Shown: positions 13,216 through 27,455 of the stretch, piece by piece | How positions within the stretch are numbered: position 1 is the stretch's first letter | How the letters are laid out: every line of letters begins with the position of its first letter | Source of the DNA: the human T2T-CHM13v2.0 reference genome, Homo sapiens | Assembly (NCBI RefSeq): GCF_009914755.1 | Contig: NC_060933.1 | DNA: 64,000 nt | Reading direction: 5' to 3' (one strand) | The notes under the pieces: model-generated | Seen by the model: only the letters and a program-made list of their open reading frames with translations | The model's database searches: none | What the model was told of the DNA's origin: nothing | Made by a program: the position numbers and the translations under genes

Positions 13216-13513
13216 AGCTGGGCACAGTGGCTCACACCTGTAATCCCAGCACTTTGGGAGGCCGAGGCAGGTAGATCACCTGAGGTTGGGAGTTCGAGAC
13301 CAGCCTGACCAACATGAAGAAACCCCATCTCCACTAAAAATGCAAAAAAAAAAAAATTAGCCGGGCATGGTGGCACATGCCTGTAATCTCAGCTACTTGG
13401 GAGGCTGAGGCAGGAGAATTGCTTGAACCCGATCTTGTGGTGAGCCAAGATCGCGCCATTGCACTCCAGCCTCGGCAACAAGAGCGAAACTCAGTCAAAA
13501 AAAAAAAAAGAAA
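13216..13513 (+). mobile_element. AluSp-like, with a small rearrangement in the right arm
   Basis: gaggttgggagttcgagaccagcctgaccaacatgaagaaacc diagnostics; TSD gaaagt(a/g)tccat (13202-13213/13514-13525). Confidence 0.95.
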
Positions 13514-15349
13514 GAAAGTGTCCATCATCTCCCTCCAAGCCCATGCCTGCAGTGAGGGTGGGACCAGAGCTGGCAGAGGTTTTTAGTTTGACAGTTTGTT
13601 GGAGTAGGGCTGAGCTGCATAATTGGTTCTTACTTTCCGTCCTGACGAAAATTCTGCCAATTTTACTCGGTCACAGATTAAAGCAAACAGTAACTTGTGT
13701 TTCATTTCACATAGGCAATTTCTTTTTTTTTTCCAGCAATTCTATCACATTCCATTCTCCCTTCCTACTGCCCCCTAGCATACATACTGAGAATCTGGCT
13801 GTGCCACTAATGCAAGGCAGCTGGGGTTGGAAATCAGAAAGCAGATAAACAGCATTGCTAAGGAGCTGCAGGAGTCTTCGGATCTCACAGAGCACAGAAA
13901 GTAGTCCTCTGAGTCTTCTGCCTCCAGTCACTAACACCAATCTTCCCTGCTTCCCCCTCCCTCCGTCCACCCACACCTCCTAGTTCCCATCTCCTTCTGT
14001 GAAGGGCCTCCCAATCTTTTCTTCCCATCATCATGGCCACAAGTTAGAAGATGAGAAGGAGAAAAGTCAAAGGCTACTAGAGCCAAGGAATTCCTCACAA
14101 TGAACTGCAGTGTCTGGAGGACCAGCTGGGTAGCCTTACTCCGGGTCTCCACTGCAGAACTTATACATATATGCTTTGTGCACACAAAGAAAAACAGCAG
14201 CCCAAAGATTCCAGCTAGGGTTCTTAGGATGGAGGAAAGTTCCCACAGGTAACTCACTGGTTAATTTTAAAGAGCTCAGGAAAGGAAGGAAGGATGGCTT
14301 TTTCTCTTGTGAGTCAAGACAAGGTCCTGATGATAACCCTCCCAGATCAGAACGTAACTTTCAACCCACGAGTGCTGCTCCCCCAAGTTATATGCATCAT
14401 CTCAGAGAGTTGGTTCCTTGCCATTGGGCAATTGACATGTTGTCAACGGGTCCTTATTTGGTGGTCAGTAAATGTTAGCCAGCATCGGTGAGGACACAGC
14501 CCATAGAAGAGAGCAGAGAAATCCAGAAATGTAAACTGTATGTATCTCTTCTTCAAGTTGCTGGGTTTTATTTTGTTGTTGTTCCTGTTGTTGTTTTCTG
14601 TTTAATTTATTTTCCATATTTTCCTCCAGTTTATTTTATCACTCCAAATACTCCGCAAAATGCCCCACCACCATGGTTGGTTTCACTCTTGCCATTCCCC
14701 TGTGTGAATAAAGCCCTTCTCACCACCTATCAAAATTTTGTCACTGATGTGTTCACCTGATCCTGGCAGAGAGTTCGCTGCAGATCCTGCTTCTGCATGA
14801 GAGGCCTCACAGACTCCCCACACCCTCGCTGACCTTTCTGTCCTCTGACCTCATTTGGAAATGGATGAAATACTGTCACGGTCATTTCTCATGATGGTGT
14901 AATTCCAGTTTCATCACTTATCTTAAGCTTCCTTTTCTCAAGTGAACTTATTTTTCATCAAGTTTTTCATTGTACTTTACAGGATAATTTGTACACACAG
15001 TAAATACTTGGTACAAATATTCATTAAACCATAACGAAGCACCATTTTTACCTATCCACTTCCCAAATCCAAAAATTCTAAAAATGGCCAACCCCAACAA
15101 GGATATAATGGTGGAATTGCATACTACTAGAAGTCTAAATTATGGGAGAAAATTGTGTAGATATAACTTAGGGAATTTTTAATCTCTGTATTTCCCCCAG
15201 CCTCCACTCCCACTTTAAAAAGGCATTCGGCTCCACAATCCCTACCCTCCTTGGAGGCTATATGTAGCAGAATGAAAATTAGTAGCTGGTGAGACCTCTT
15301 GGATTTTGTTTTCATATGTCTAAATCCACTGAGAATAGAATATGAGAAG

Positions 15350-15571
15350 TGTTCTAGTTATCTGTTCCTGTGTAACAAGCCACTCTAAAACATAGGAGCA
15401 AAAACCAATAAGTATTCTCTCACAGTTCTTTGTATTGACTGAGCTCAACTGGATGGATCTTGTCTGGGTTCCTCTATATTACTGGAGTCTGATGTGGAAG
15501 CAACTGAAGATTTCTTCACTCACATGTCTGGTGCCTAGACTGGTCTGGCCAGCAGAGGAGGGGGGTTGTTG

Positions 15572-15649
<78 letters not shown>

Positions 15650-15959
15650 TTTCTCTCTCCCTCCCCTTTCTCTTTCTCTCCATGCAGCTCTCCATGTGTG
15701 TAGCTAGCTTGGGCTTCCTTACACCATGGCAGTCTCCAGGAAGCCAGACTTCTCCATCAGCAGCCAGCCTCCTGCAAGATGAGCATTCCCAAAGGGTCCA
15801 GGCAGAGTTGCTTTTCACACATTGTCACTTCCACTGCATTCTACTGATTACAAGTGAGTCACTATGGCCAACCTGGATTCAAGGGAAAGGGAATTAAACA
15901 TGTCCTCTCAACGAGATGAAAGCAAAGAATGTATGGCTATCTTTATTTAATGTGCCACA
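15350..15959 (-). mobile_element. MLT1H-like MaLR solo LTR carrying a (CT)n expansion
   Basis: tgttctagttatctgttcctgtgtaacaagccac...tcactcacatgtctgg...tgtcacttccactgcattcta...tgccaca. Confidence 0.7.
15574..15681. repeat. Compound (CT)n tract with a duplicated catcttt interruption (41-bp period)
   Basis: catcttt at 15605-15611 and 15646-15652. Confidence 0.95.
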
Positions 15960-17344
15960 GGGGAATAAAAGATTCTTCTTTCAGATTAAAACGAAGAAAG
16001 GAACAAGCTGTATGAACCAAGCTTGCTCCCTGGATGTGCTCTGTGTTGGCACAAGGATATTCGGGAGGAAAAATATGGTCTATCTAGGAAAAAAAAAATA
16101 TCACAAACATGGGGCTTTCTGCCCTCACCAGGTTGTCATGTCCTAAGAACCCCCACTGGGCCCAAGGGTCAGGCTGATGTGGACATCTAGCCAATAATGA
16201 ACATGCCTCCCTCCCATTTCTTGGCACCCAGTGAGACTCCAGAAACTAGGCACAACCCCCAGGTGGGGGAAAGTTCAGAAAAGACACATGAAAATGTTTC
16301 CAGCTACCCCAGGGGGAAAGGGGCTTGATATGAAAACTAGGTTGATTTATGGAAAATAGATTACTGTATCTCTTCCAGCCTGGGTTTGGGAACTGACCTT
16401 GGTGTCAACCCCTAAATTTTATTTCTTCTGACTTGACTCTTCAGTGAAGTCATTCTGCCTCTCAGGTTGAGCCTTCTGCATCCTCTCCTTTCATCACTAA
16501 TTACCAGAGCAGAGTTAAGCTGCTACCACAGGCACCCTCGGACACAATCCATGCAGAAACACGTGAACTGGAAGATTAACCATTCAGGTGCAGGGAAGAT
16601 GGTGGGGAGACCACACACAGCTCAATTTGGAAATGGATTTCCCATTCCCTCCTGAGAAAGAGGCGAGAAGGAAGAGAGCAGCAACCCTGCCAGAGCCAAC
16701 ATAGTGTGCAATCCATTGTCCTGAAAGTCTACCCAGGCAGCTCAAAGAATGCTGCGATAAATTACATACACCTCTCTATTGCCCCCAAAGAATCAGTTCC
16801 ATGCAGGTCAGCAGCATACTCGGGAAAGCAAAGGTTGTCCATCCCCAGGCATGGAGGTCAACCTTTTCTCCACCAGGTTCCCAGAATGCAGCCCCATTTG
16901 AGGTGGGATGTGATGCAGAAGGCTCGTGAAGATGTTAAAAGCACACAGTATCAAACTCAGGACAAGAAGGAAGCCAGGCGCATTGAACTGAATGCTCGCT
17001 CTCAATATTGCATGTTACTGTTCAAAAATGGGATCAGCTCCCCACTCTTCCCGTCCTTAACTTTCAAGTTCCCTTCTAGCATTTATCAAACTGGTCTTTT
17101 ATTTATTAAGCTCCTAATTGCTCTCCAGATGAGGCTCTCTGCCTTGTAACCCAACTTCTGCCTTCCATCAAAAACAAACAAACAAAAAACCACTCCATCA
17201 GCACAGGGAAACCTTGACTAGCTTTTCCCCACGTTAGTTCAGAGGATGGACAAAAACTTTTGAAAAAGAATGTGAGACTCTTCAGAGGAAATTGGCCACA
17301 GCACATGCTTGTGTATGATTACAACCACCCAAATTTCTTAATAA

Positions 17345-17520
17345 GAGCAAACATTTTTAGCACATATTATGTGCCAGACACTGTGCTGAGCCATTTACAT
17401 ATATTAGCTCGTTAATACAGTCTCTCTGGTAGATAGTAAGATTATTATTCCCACTTTGCAGATGGGAAAATGTATGCTCAAGCAACAAATAAGAGCTGGA
17501 CCCAGGACATGAACTCTCTT
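17345..17520 (-). mobile_element. MIR
   Basis: tatgtgccagacactgtgctgagc...attattattcccactttgcagatgggaaaa. Confidence 0.7.
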
Positions 17521-17865
17521 CTGTGCCTCTTTAAAGCTTCTGCTCTTTTCCACCAAGTCACTGGTCCTCAAACATTGGTGTGCATACTCTGAGAACACTT
17601 CTTTTTCAATAAGCTCTTCCGTTTTCCAACCAACCGGTCTGTCACAGTTTTCCTGAGCATTCCCTGGATCAAGTGTGAAACTGATGGACAGATACATGCA
17701 TGCCCAGCCCTCAATGCCATTTCTACCAGCAGCCTTTCCTCCAGGTCAGACGACTCCTAATCTTGCTTTCATCAGACAAGGGGCAAAATCATCCCTGTGT
17801 CTTACTGCTTTTTAGCAATATCCTTCCTTTCACACATGGAAGAACCAGGAAACCCTAAATTCTCT

Positions 17866-18560
17866 CTTTTTAAATTAATTAATTTACTTTTAAAAATGAT
17901 TTCCACATTTATTTTAGATTCTGGGTTTGTTACCCGGGAATACCGCATGATGCTGAGGTTTGGGGTATGACTGATCCCATCACCCAGGTACTGAGTATAG
18001 TACCCAATAAGTAGTTTTTCAACCCTTGCCCTTGTCCCTCCCTCCCCCACAGTAGTCCCCAGTTTCATTGTTGCCATCATTCTGTCCATAAGTACTCAAT
18101 GTTTACCTGCCACTTATACATGCGAACATGCAGAATTTGGTTTTCTGTTCCTGCATTAATTCTATTAAGATAATGGCCTCCAGTTGCACCCATGTTGCCA
18201 CAAGGAACATGATTTCATTTTTTATGACTGAATAGTATTCCACTGTGTATAGGTACCACATTTTCTTTATCCGCTCCACCACTGATGGTCACCTGGGTTG
18301 ATTCCATGTCTTTGCTATTGTGAGAATAGTGCTGTGATGAACATACAAGTCTATGGGTCTTTTTGGTAGAATAATTTATTTTCTTTTGGATACATACCCA
18401 GTAATGGGATTGCTGGGTTGAATGGTAGTTCTGTTTTAAGTTCTTTAAGAAATCTCCAAACTGCTTTCTACCGCAGCTGAACTAATTTACATTCTCATGA
18501 AACAGTGTATAAGTGTTCCCTTTTCTCTGCAGCCTCACCAGCATCTGTTGTTTTTGACCT
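17866..18560 (-). mobile_element. L1 3' end (about PA15-17), 5'-truncated
   Basis: L1 3'UTR and ORF2 tail; TSD cctaaattctct (17854-17865/18561-18572). Confidence 0.9.
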
Positions 18561-19339
18561 CCTAAATTCTCTTTCTAAAAGCAACATATTTGCTCTGACT
18601 CGTCCCGGCTCACCTCAACTACAGACCAGAATGAGGCCAGGCCAGCTCAGAAGGGTGAGTTGCTTAGTAACTGAAATCACTCATCCCTGTACCTCAGAGG
18701 CAAATGGTACATTTTGCTGTCCCTCAGGGTGTTTTGGGACATGACTCTGAATGACAGAGTTCCTTCCCAGAGTGCCGCAGAATGTTTGGGGCAAGAGCGA
18801 AGATCCTCATCTCTCACCTTTCTCTAGGGCTGGAACATCACCTGCCCCTTAGAGACGTGGCGTATTAAACAGACCATTTCCTTCTGTGCCTAAGGCTGCA
18901 GGCCATTTCCTGTCCCAGGCATTTCATAAAGTCATTTGGGAGTAGATAAGTTGGGGCTAACTATATAATTTCAGTTAATATATTAGAAGTTCACCTTCTT
19001 GGTGCTAGCCTATTTTCCCTATGAAAATGTATTCATCCTCATCTTGAACTAACTTCTGAAATATCTTAATGTGTAAGTCAGTCCTTACTGATGTGGAGAG
19101 ACAATAGCTAGAGAGAAAAGGAGGGGAGATTCTATTGTTTTAGCTCAATCCACACCAACTGATTCACTCTAAAGAAGGACTGTCCCACCTCTTGGTTCAC
19201 CCTAACAATGGTTTGAAGTATTATCTACCCATCCCTTGGGGGAAGAAAGAAGGGAGGAGGTCCTCAAAAGCATAGACCATGACTCTGCTGGATACTCCTC
19301 TGTAAAACTAGAGTGTCTAATTGTCTAGGTGAGTGGAGT

Positions 19340-19350
19340 GGGGATTCCCC
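19340..19350. promoter_or_regulatory. Perfect NF-kB site GGGGATTCCCC (motif only)
   Basis: Exact match to the classical MHC class I enhancer kB sequence; function unverified. Confidence 0.35.
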
Positions 19351-19774
19351 CTTGCTTGTCAGTGGTAGTGGGGTGGGGGCTACAAACCCGAGTCTCTTCA
19401 TTTAATAACTTCGATGAGAAGTAAGCAGTGATAGAACTATTTCACTACTGTTCACTATTATATATTATTTCATCTCATCGAAAAGGACTGAAAATTTTTG
19501 AAGTATGCAATTTTTCACCTCATTCATTCATCTGTGTTAAACTTTGAGTTTATACACAGAAAGTCCCAGTGAGCCAAACTATCCATTCACAGTTTATTTC
19601 TGGTTATTCATGATTCTTCGAAATTTGCACCATTTCTGGGATCAGTCGGCATAGAATTGGACTTTTATCAGATAATTCTCAACACATAAGGCAGAAATGT
19701 TCTAGCTGCCCATCTTGTTTTTAAGGAATTATATTATTCAGGCAGCAAAGTAGACAAACCATCCATCCCTTTCA

Positions 19775-20245
19775 GTTATTACCTCCCCAGAAGGTACCCA
19801 TACTGTGATTTTTGTCATCAAACAGTTTTGCCTGTTTCTGATATTTAACTGAATGGAATCCTTCACTTAAATATCAACAACAGTTGTTGTTCTCTTTGTG
19901 TCCTGCTTCTTTAGTTTAAAATAATTTCTGCTATTCATACGTGTTGTTGTGTGAACAGTCATTTAGTCACATTATTGCTGTGTAGCATTACCATTGTATA
20001 AATATACAGTCCATTTGTCCATTCTACTGTGGGGTAGTTTCCAGTTTTTAGTAACTGCAAATAAAGCTGCTAACAACATATTTGTACATACCTTTGGTGA
20101 ACATATATAAGTATTTCTACTAGGTATAATGCCTAGAAGTGGAATTTTTAAGATATATAGTATGAGTTTCTTTACAGAAGATATTGCCAGATAATTTTCT
20201 ATAGTGGCTGTACAAATTTACACTTCCACTAGTAATGCATCAAAG
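19775..20245 (-). mobile_element. L1ME-type fragment (ancient)
   Basis: ccatttgtccattctactg...gtttccagttttt...aataaagctgct...cctagaagtggaatt...tttacacttccac. Confidence 0.75.
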
Positions 20246-20449
20246 TCTTTTTAAAACATTTAATTAACATAACTTTTGGATAAACTGGATACTATTCCAC
20301 TATAATACTATTAAGACAAACAGAAGGGCAACTTTCCTTATGCCAGTGATACGGCTTTTGCCACAACCAACCAGAGGAGTAGCCTTTGTGAGCAGCTGAA
20401 ATTGTTGACTAAAGGATGCTTTAAAAATTCTGCATCAAAATATGGTCCT

Positions 20450-20799
<350 letters not shown>

Positions 20800-21821
20800 C
20801 TAATAAAATAATTGCATTTGGAAGATATTCTTCACTATTTAGTGGGCTACAGGTAACTCTATCCAGCAAGTCAATTCGTTCTGCTATGTTGAACTATATT
20901 TTGAAGTTAACTGATCCTGTAAGTACATCAAAGTTTAAATTCATCTTTTGAGATGGCCAAGTGGTAACCACTCTCTCAAAATCAGGTAGGCTCACCAAAT
21001 CATTTTCTCTCAAACTTTATGGTGTAGAATCTAAAGAACCATCAGCTGTCTATTTTTCCAAGTGCCTGAGCAGAATGGAAGGTCCTGTCAGTGGGGCATG
21101 TTGGCTCTTCTCACTGTCCCCCAGCATCCATACACGAGGGAGTCATGTGCCAGCCATAGATGGGCAGAAATACAAGGATGCACCCGGGCCCCTGAATGTC
21201 ACAACAATATGTCAGTTCTTTCACCTGTATGGCTGGTGGCTAGACACAGCACATGGATCCTACTTTTAGTAAGGATAATCGCTTTTCAGCACTTTGGGCA
21301 CTCACCCATCAGAGAATCCAACTGTGAAAATTACTGTAATCTGGACTCGCCAAAAGCCCACTTGAGATTCATGGTATTTAACAGAACCATGCTGCCTGCC
21401 CATTCTGTAGCTTTCTTATGTTCTTCCACTGTATTAATTTAGATCATCAGAAATCCATGGGCATAAATCTTAATATTGTAGCTTTTTACAAAACTGCCTT
21501 CACTAATCTCAACTAGATGACAGACTCAACTAGATGACAAATAATTTCTTAACTCTTAGCAAGAAGCAACAGAAAGAAAACTATTAGAGATTTATATATC
21601 TCTTGCCAGAATGTAGCCAGGCATTGTCTATTATATTACCCAATGTTATAAGAATACAAATAATTATTCCAAGAAATGATAGAATTGTAGTCCTAGCAGG
21701 AACCAGCCGGGAGACCATACAAAGTGTTGAAATTCCCCTTTTGCTTCAGCTTCCAGAAAGCTTAGAGTTAACACTTGTGTTCAAATAAAATTCACGCAAC
21801 ACACACACACACACACGAATT

Positions 21822-22066
21822 CGAGAGGCAAATCTATAGAGACAGAAAGTAGATTAGTGGTTGCCTGGGGCTGGGCAAAGGAAGGGGGAATGACTGCAAA
21901 TGGGCACAAGGTTTATTTTCCCTGGGTGATGGAAATGTTCTAAAATTAGATTGGCGAGATGGTTGCACAACTCTGTAAATTTACTGGGAAATCACTGAAT
22001 TGTATTCTTAAATGAGTAAATTTAATGGTATGTAAATTAAACTTCAATCAAGCTGTTTTTAAAAAA
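21822..22066 (+). mobile_element. L1MB/ME 3' end
   Basis: ggcaaatctatagagacagaaagtagattagtggttgcc...gatggaaatgttctaaaattaga...ggttgcacaactctgtaaa. Confidence 0.85.
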
Positions 22067-22465
22067 ATCAATCCAAGATAGATCATCGACATCAATGTGA
22101 AAGGTAAAACAATTAAACTGGAAGAAAATATAAGAGTACATCATCATGAGCTTGGAGTAGACAGGGATTCCTTAAACGGAACACAGAAAGCACTAACTAT
22201 ATAAGAAAAAAAATGATAAAATGGACTTAATTAAAATTATCATGTCTGTTAAACAAAGAATATCATTAAGGTAGTGAAGAACCAAGCTACAAGCTGGGGA
22301 GAGATATTTGCAATACTTTTATCTGACAAAAGACTCATGTCCAGGATATATATTTTTTTAAACTCCTACACATAAGCAGAAAGACAAACAACCCAATTTA
22401 AAAATGAGCAAAAGACTTGAACAGGTAGTTCACAAAAGATAGCTATCCAATTGGCTGATAAATGT
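22067..22465 (+). mobile_element. L1M ORF2 3' fragment (ancient)
   Basis: acacagaaagcactaac...gagatatttgcaat...atctgacaaaagactcatgtccagg...aaaatgagcaaaagacttgaacagg. Confidence 0.8.
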
Positions 22466-22584
22466 GTGTACCTTTTACTACACAAATATCATGGTCACAG
22501 CTCTCTCAATTTCTAGTTCTGTATCTTCATGCCTCCTGATTTGTTTAATGGTTTTTATCTCCTTGTTGTATGTTTTGATATTTG

Positions 22585-23073
22585 TATCTGCCAGAGTCCC
22601 AACAGAAGGAAGACAGTGTGTGCAACTTAGAATAATTCAAGAAAGTTTTCTTTCCAAAGGGACTGTTTATAAAGGTCTGAGTTAAATGGAGGGGAACCAC
22701 CAAAGGTGATCAAGAACCAGATGAGAAGCAACAGAAATGTCAGTCCCCTCAATAGCCAGGTGCAATGGGATGGGGGCAGTACTGGAACCCATTGGAGAGG
22801 GTCAGGCAGAGAAGCTACCTCTGGAGGAGTGATCACTGGGCCAGGAATAAAATCAGCCTGAGGCAACCTCACAGGTCAGGGGAGCCAGGGGAGAAATACT
22901 CAGGCCTCACTCTCTCTTCCCTGTGATCTCCTTGCTGGGGCTTCCATTGTTGAACCCGACTGAAAGCCAAAGGACAAGGTAGCTCTTATTCAATGCCATC
23001 CATCAGGTCAGCCATCTGGGGCAGAGAAGGCAGAGAGTGGCTCTGGAGGAGCAAATGGAAGAGATCTGGAACA
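22585..23073 (-). mobile_element. LTR33-like ERVL solo LTR
   Basis: cctcactctctcttccctgtgatctcc...aagccaaaggacaagg...ggagcaaatggaagagatctggaaca end. Confidence 0.65.
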
Positions 23074-23147
23074 CCATTGCAAGCTGCCTGGAATCCCTTT
23101 TAAAATACGCAGGAAATAGATAAGTGAACAAGTACCACAACCAGTAA

Positions 23148-23499
<352 letters not shown>

Positions 23500-24475
23500 G
23501 AGAAAGGAAATTCTTCAGAGACATTATATTAGCCTTTTATATGTAATTTGTGAAGCAGAAGGAAGACAGGAAAAGGTAGTGGTTCATTATCCTATATCCA
23601 ACCAAGATAATGCCCTGCATAATTTGTTTTCTATTGATTGGACATGGTGCTGACTCCTGTCCAAAAGTGAATTAGACATCCTTAGTAGTAAATGATATGG
23701 CTTCTTCTTGCTCCACAAACTCCCTTCAGAACCAGCATCTGGGCACTTGGGAAAGGTTATGTTCCCCTAGAAATAGCAAGTAAATCTCCTCTTCAACAGG
23801 TACTTCTTGGTCTGAACAGCCTGTAAGGGACCTTCAGCCTCTCCTCTCCTTTCTCCTCCAGCACAGCACACTTCCAGAGCTGCCCTGCCCATTGCCATGA
23901 GCCAACTCTCTCCACTTTGTCACTCACCCTTACTCAGTTCTCAACCACGGTTTCCATTAGTGCAGGATCCAAGATGTTGTCTACATTGATTTTCTTAAAA
24001 GGTTTTAAAAGTGTCAATCAAGAAGCACACTTATGGATTCTTGCGTTTCACAAGCCTCCATCTACAAGGTGAGCTGGGACACTGAATACTCACTTGCTTC
24101 CTATTACAAACCTCTCTGTATTATGGCACAAATCAAAACCAAGCTGTTCTATGCAGTGGCCTTCTCTGCATCTGAAATAATAACCTCGTATATTTATCAG
24201 TTTATTTGCCTATTGTCTCTCCCACTAGAACAAAGACTCATGTGAACAGGGATCTTATCTGTCTTGTTCAGAAAATATCCTTACAACTCAGCAAAGGGGC
24301 TTGGCACCTAATAGGCTAAATGTATGCTAAATAAATAAGCAACTTCATGTGACTTCCTTTCTTTGACTTCTCCATTGGGACCACCTGGCCTTAAGTCTGC
24401 CATCCTCTCTAATTCAGCCAGCTTTATAGTAAGTCCACTTGTGATACAAAGAGACTACAGGATGTCCCTAAAACA

Positions 24476-24477
<2 letters not shown>

Positions 24478-24533
<56 letters not shown>

Positions 24534-24562
24534 TCTCTCTCTCTTACTCTTTCACTCTCTCT
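24478..24562. repeat. (CT)n microsatellite
   Basis: Direct reading. Confidence 0.95.
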
Positions 24563-24964
24563 GAAAGCTGGCTGGCCAGCAGCAGGAATAGTGTTCACTA
24601 TGTTGCTTCACATCACAAACTCAATATTGTGCTAAGCCAGTCATCTCAACAGTGAGTCCACATGCATCCATCTGAGCACACTGTTTCATCTAGCCCACTG
24701 CTTATTCCCAACCACATTCACCAAATTCCACTCCTTTCTCCTTTCACCCAGGCCTCTCCAATGTTCACCACGCAAGCAAAAATATCAAGAGTCCTGCCGT
24801 AGACCTTAACCACCAGTAAACTTGAACAATAGAGCATTGAAAAATATAACACAATCATATATTTATAATTTTTTGAGTTGAAAATATCATTAGCTTTTGG
24901 TCCAACAGCTTTCTTGACCACAACCCACAGTAGGATATACATTTTACCTCCCAAATGAGTACAC

Positions 24965-25880
24965 ATTCATTCTTTCAGCAAATATATGTTGATCCAGTAT
25001 ATGTGCCAAGCACTGTTCTAGGTGCTAAAAATAAAACAGTAAACAAAATAAAAGAGTAAACCATGCCTGCTCTCAGGGAGCTTATATTCTAATGTAAACT
25101 CACCTGTATGTGTGTGTCTATGTGTGTGTTATTTTTTGTTTATTTGCTTGTTTGTTTTAATGCTATCACAACCCTCTAAATTATTTCCAGACTCACTAAT
25201 GAGTGATGACTCATAGCTTGAAAATTACTAAGCTAGTCCTATATTTTCCTATGTTTCCTATATGGAAACAGTTCTATAGAGAGTGAAAACAGTGAGTCTG
25301 ACTTTGCACCCCTTACCTGGAAGTGCCTGCAGATATCCAAGAGGAGGTGTCTAGCAGACATTTACATATACAGATGTGAAGCTCCAGGAAGACATTTAGA
25401 ATGGAAACACAAATCTGGGAGTCAGCAAGCTGAAGCCATGGACTGAATAAAATGTTGCAAAGAAAGTGCATAAATTATTTTAAGAATCTTCTGTGGGATG
25501 CCCAGGGGAACACCAACATTTAAGGAATGTTCAGGGGAAGAAGACCAAGACATATAGAAAACCAAGGAAGAGAGGAGTGAAGGAAGTTCCAAGAAGGGTC
25601 ATAGTGTTCACATTACAAAGAGGTAAATAAAAATAAGGCCAGCAAGCATGCATTAGATCTGGCAGTTAGGGACATCTGGTGACCACTGCTTCCTAGAGAA
25701 GTTACATTAATAATTTGACATGGGGAGAAACTAGGTTGAAGATGACTGAGAAATGAATGGGAGATATTAAGTGAACACCGTGCTTTTGAAGAGCTTGCCA
25801 GGGAAAGGAAGGAGTGAGCAGCCAGTAAAATCGCTGGAGAAGGGGGAGAGACACTGGGGTGGGGGGGATATTTCAAATTA
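24965..25880 (-). mobile_element. L2 fragments
   Basis: cattcattctttcagcaaatat...tgtgccaagcactgttctaggtgct 3' end and downstream degenerate L2 body (ttagatctggcagttaggga...ggtgacc). Confidence 0.6.
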
Positions 25881-25927
25881 GAAAGAAGGGGACATATTCA
25901 CGAAGATAAGGGATAAAAGCCAGACAG

Positions 25928-27030
25928 TGTTGGAAAAACTCTTCTAGACATCAACCTCGGCAAAGAATTCATGACTAAGACCCCAAAAGCAAATGCAACA
26001 AAAATAAAAATAAATAAATGGGACCTAGTTAAACTAAAAAGCTTCTGCACAGAAAAAGAAATAATCAGCAGAGTAAACAGACAACCCACAGAAAGGGAGA
26101 AAATTGCAAACTATGTATCCAATGAAGGACTAGTGTCCAGAATCTATAAGGAACTCAAATAGATCACCAAGAAAAAAACAAATAATCCCATTAAAAAGTG
26201 GGCAAATATTATGAATAGACATTGTTCAAAAGAAGATATGCAAACAGCCAGTAAACGTATGAAAAAAATGCTCAACATCACTAATCATCAGGGAATGCAG
26301 ATTAAAACCACAATCAGATACCACTACCTTACTCCTGCAAGAATGGCCATTATTAAAAAGTCAAAAAATAATAGATCTTGGTGTGAATATGGGGAAAAGG
26401 GAACACTGTTACACTGCTGGTGGGAATGTAAACTAGTACAACCACTATGGAAAACAGTGTGACAATTCCCTAAAGAACTAAAAGTAGAACTAACATTCGA
26501 TCCAGCAATCCCACTACTGGGTATCTACCCAGAGGAAAAGAAGTCATTATATGAAAAAGACATGCACATGTATGTTTATAGCTGCACAGTTCACAATTGC
26601 GAAGCCTTTGTGAACCAACCTAAGTGCCCATCAACTAATGAGTGGAGAAATAAAATGTGTTTTTCTTATATATACACCATGGAATTCTACTCAGCCATTA
26701 AAAGGAAGAAAACAGTGTCTTTTGCAGCAACTTGGATGGAGCTGGAGGCCATTATTCTAAGTGAAGTAACACAGGAGTAGAAAATCAAAAACCGTATGTT
26801 CTCACTTGTAAGTGGGAGCTAAGCTATGAGTACACAAAGGCATACAGAGTGATATAATGGACTTTAGAGACTCGGAAGGGGAAGGGTAGGAGGGGGGCCA
26901 GGGGTTAAAAACTACATATTGGTACAATGTACACTACTCTAGTTACAGGGCACTAAAATCTCAGAATTCACCACTATGTAATTCATCTGTATAACCGAAA
27001 ATCACTTGTACCCCAAAAACTATTAAAAAA
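25928..27030 (+). mobile_element. L1PB (PB3/4-like) ORF2 C-terminus plus 3'UTR
   Basis: Broken frames KTPKANATK...[31 protein letters not shown] and WMELEAIILSEVTQE; L1PB-type 3'UTR ending cacttgtaccccaaaaactatt. Confidence 0.92.
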
Positions 27031-27189
27031 TTTTTTAAAGGTTTGCCCAAATAAGATTAACCATAAAAAAAAGAAAATATTTGTTAGGAGCAGTTTTATC
27101 AGGCATTATGATGGTTCCCCAATCTCTAAAGCAAGTTAGGTGGGGAGAAGTCATTATAGGCATCATGATCTTGAGGGGCTGCTGTGAGA

Positions 27190-27455
27190 GAGTGTGTGTG
27201 TGTGTGTGTGTGTGTGTTCATGTGTTGAGAGTGTGTGTGTTCATGTGTGTTGAGTGTGTGTGATATGTGCTCATGTGTGCTGAGTGTGTGATATGTGTGT
27301 GTTCACGTGTGTTGAATGTGTGTGATATGTGTTCATGTGTGCTGCGTGTGTGATATGTGTGTGTTCATGTGCGTTGAATGTGTGTGATATGTGTTCATGT
27401 GTATTGAGTGTGTGTGTGTTTATGTGTGTTGAGTGTGTGTGATGTGTGTGTGTGC
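27190..27455. repeat. GT-rich minisatellite (about 28-34-bp units, e.g. tgtgtgatatgtgtgtgttcatgtgtgttga)
   Basis: About 8 degenerate units marked by recurring ttcatgtg and tgatatgtg. Confidence 0.9.

Noticed and set aside
16706-17149. 147-aa ORF in unique sequence
   Set aside because: GTG start, no recognisable domain and no convincing splice boundaries; this length is expected by chance in six frames of 64 kb.
27190-27455. Repeat array as CRISPR-like or coding (HT/CV-rich ORFs)
   Set aside because: No unique spacers; it is a simple-sequence-derived minisatellite in human DNA.
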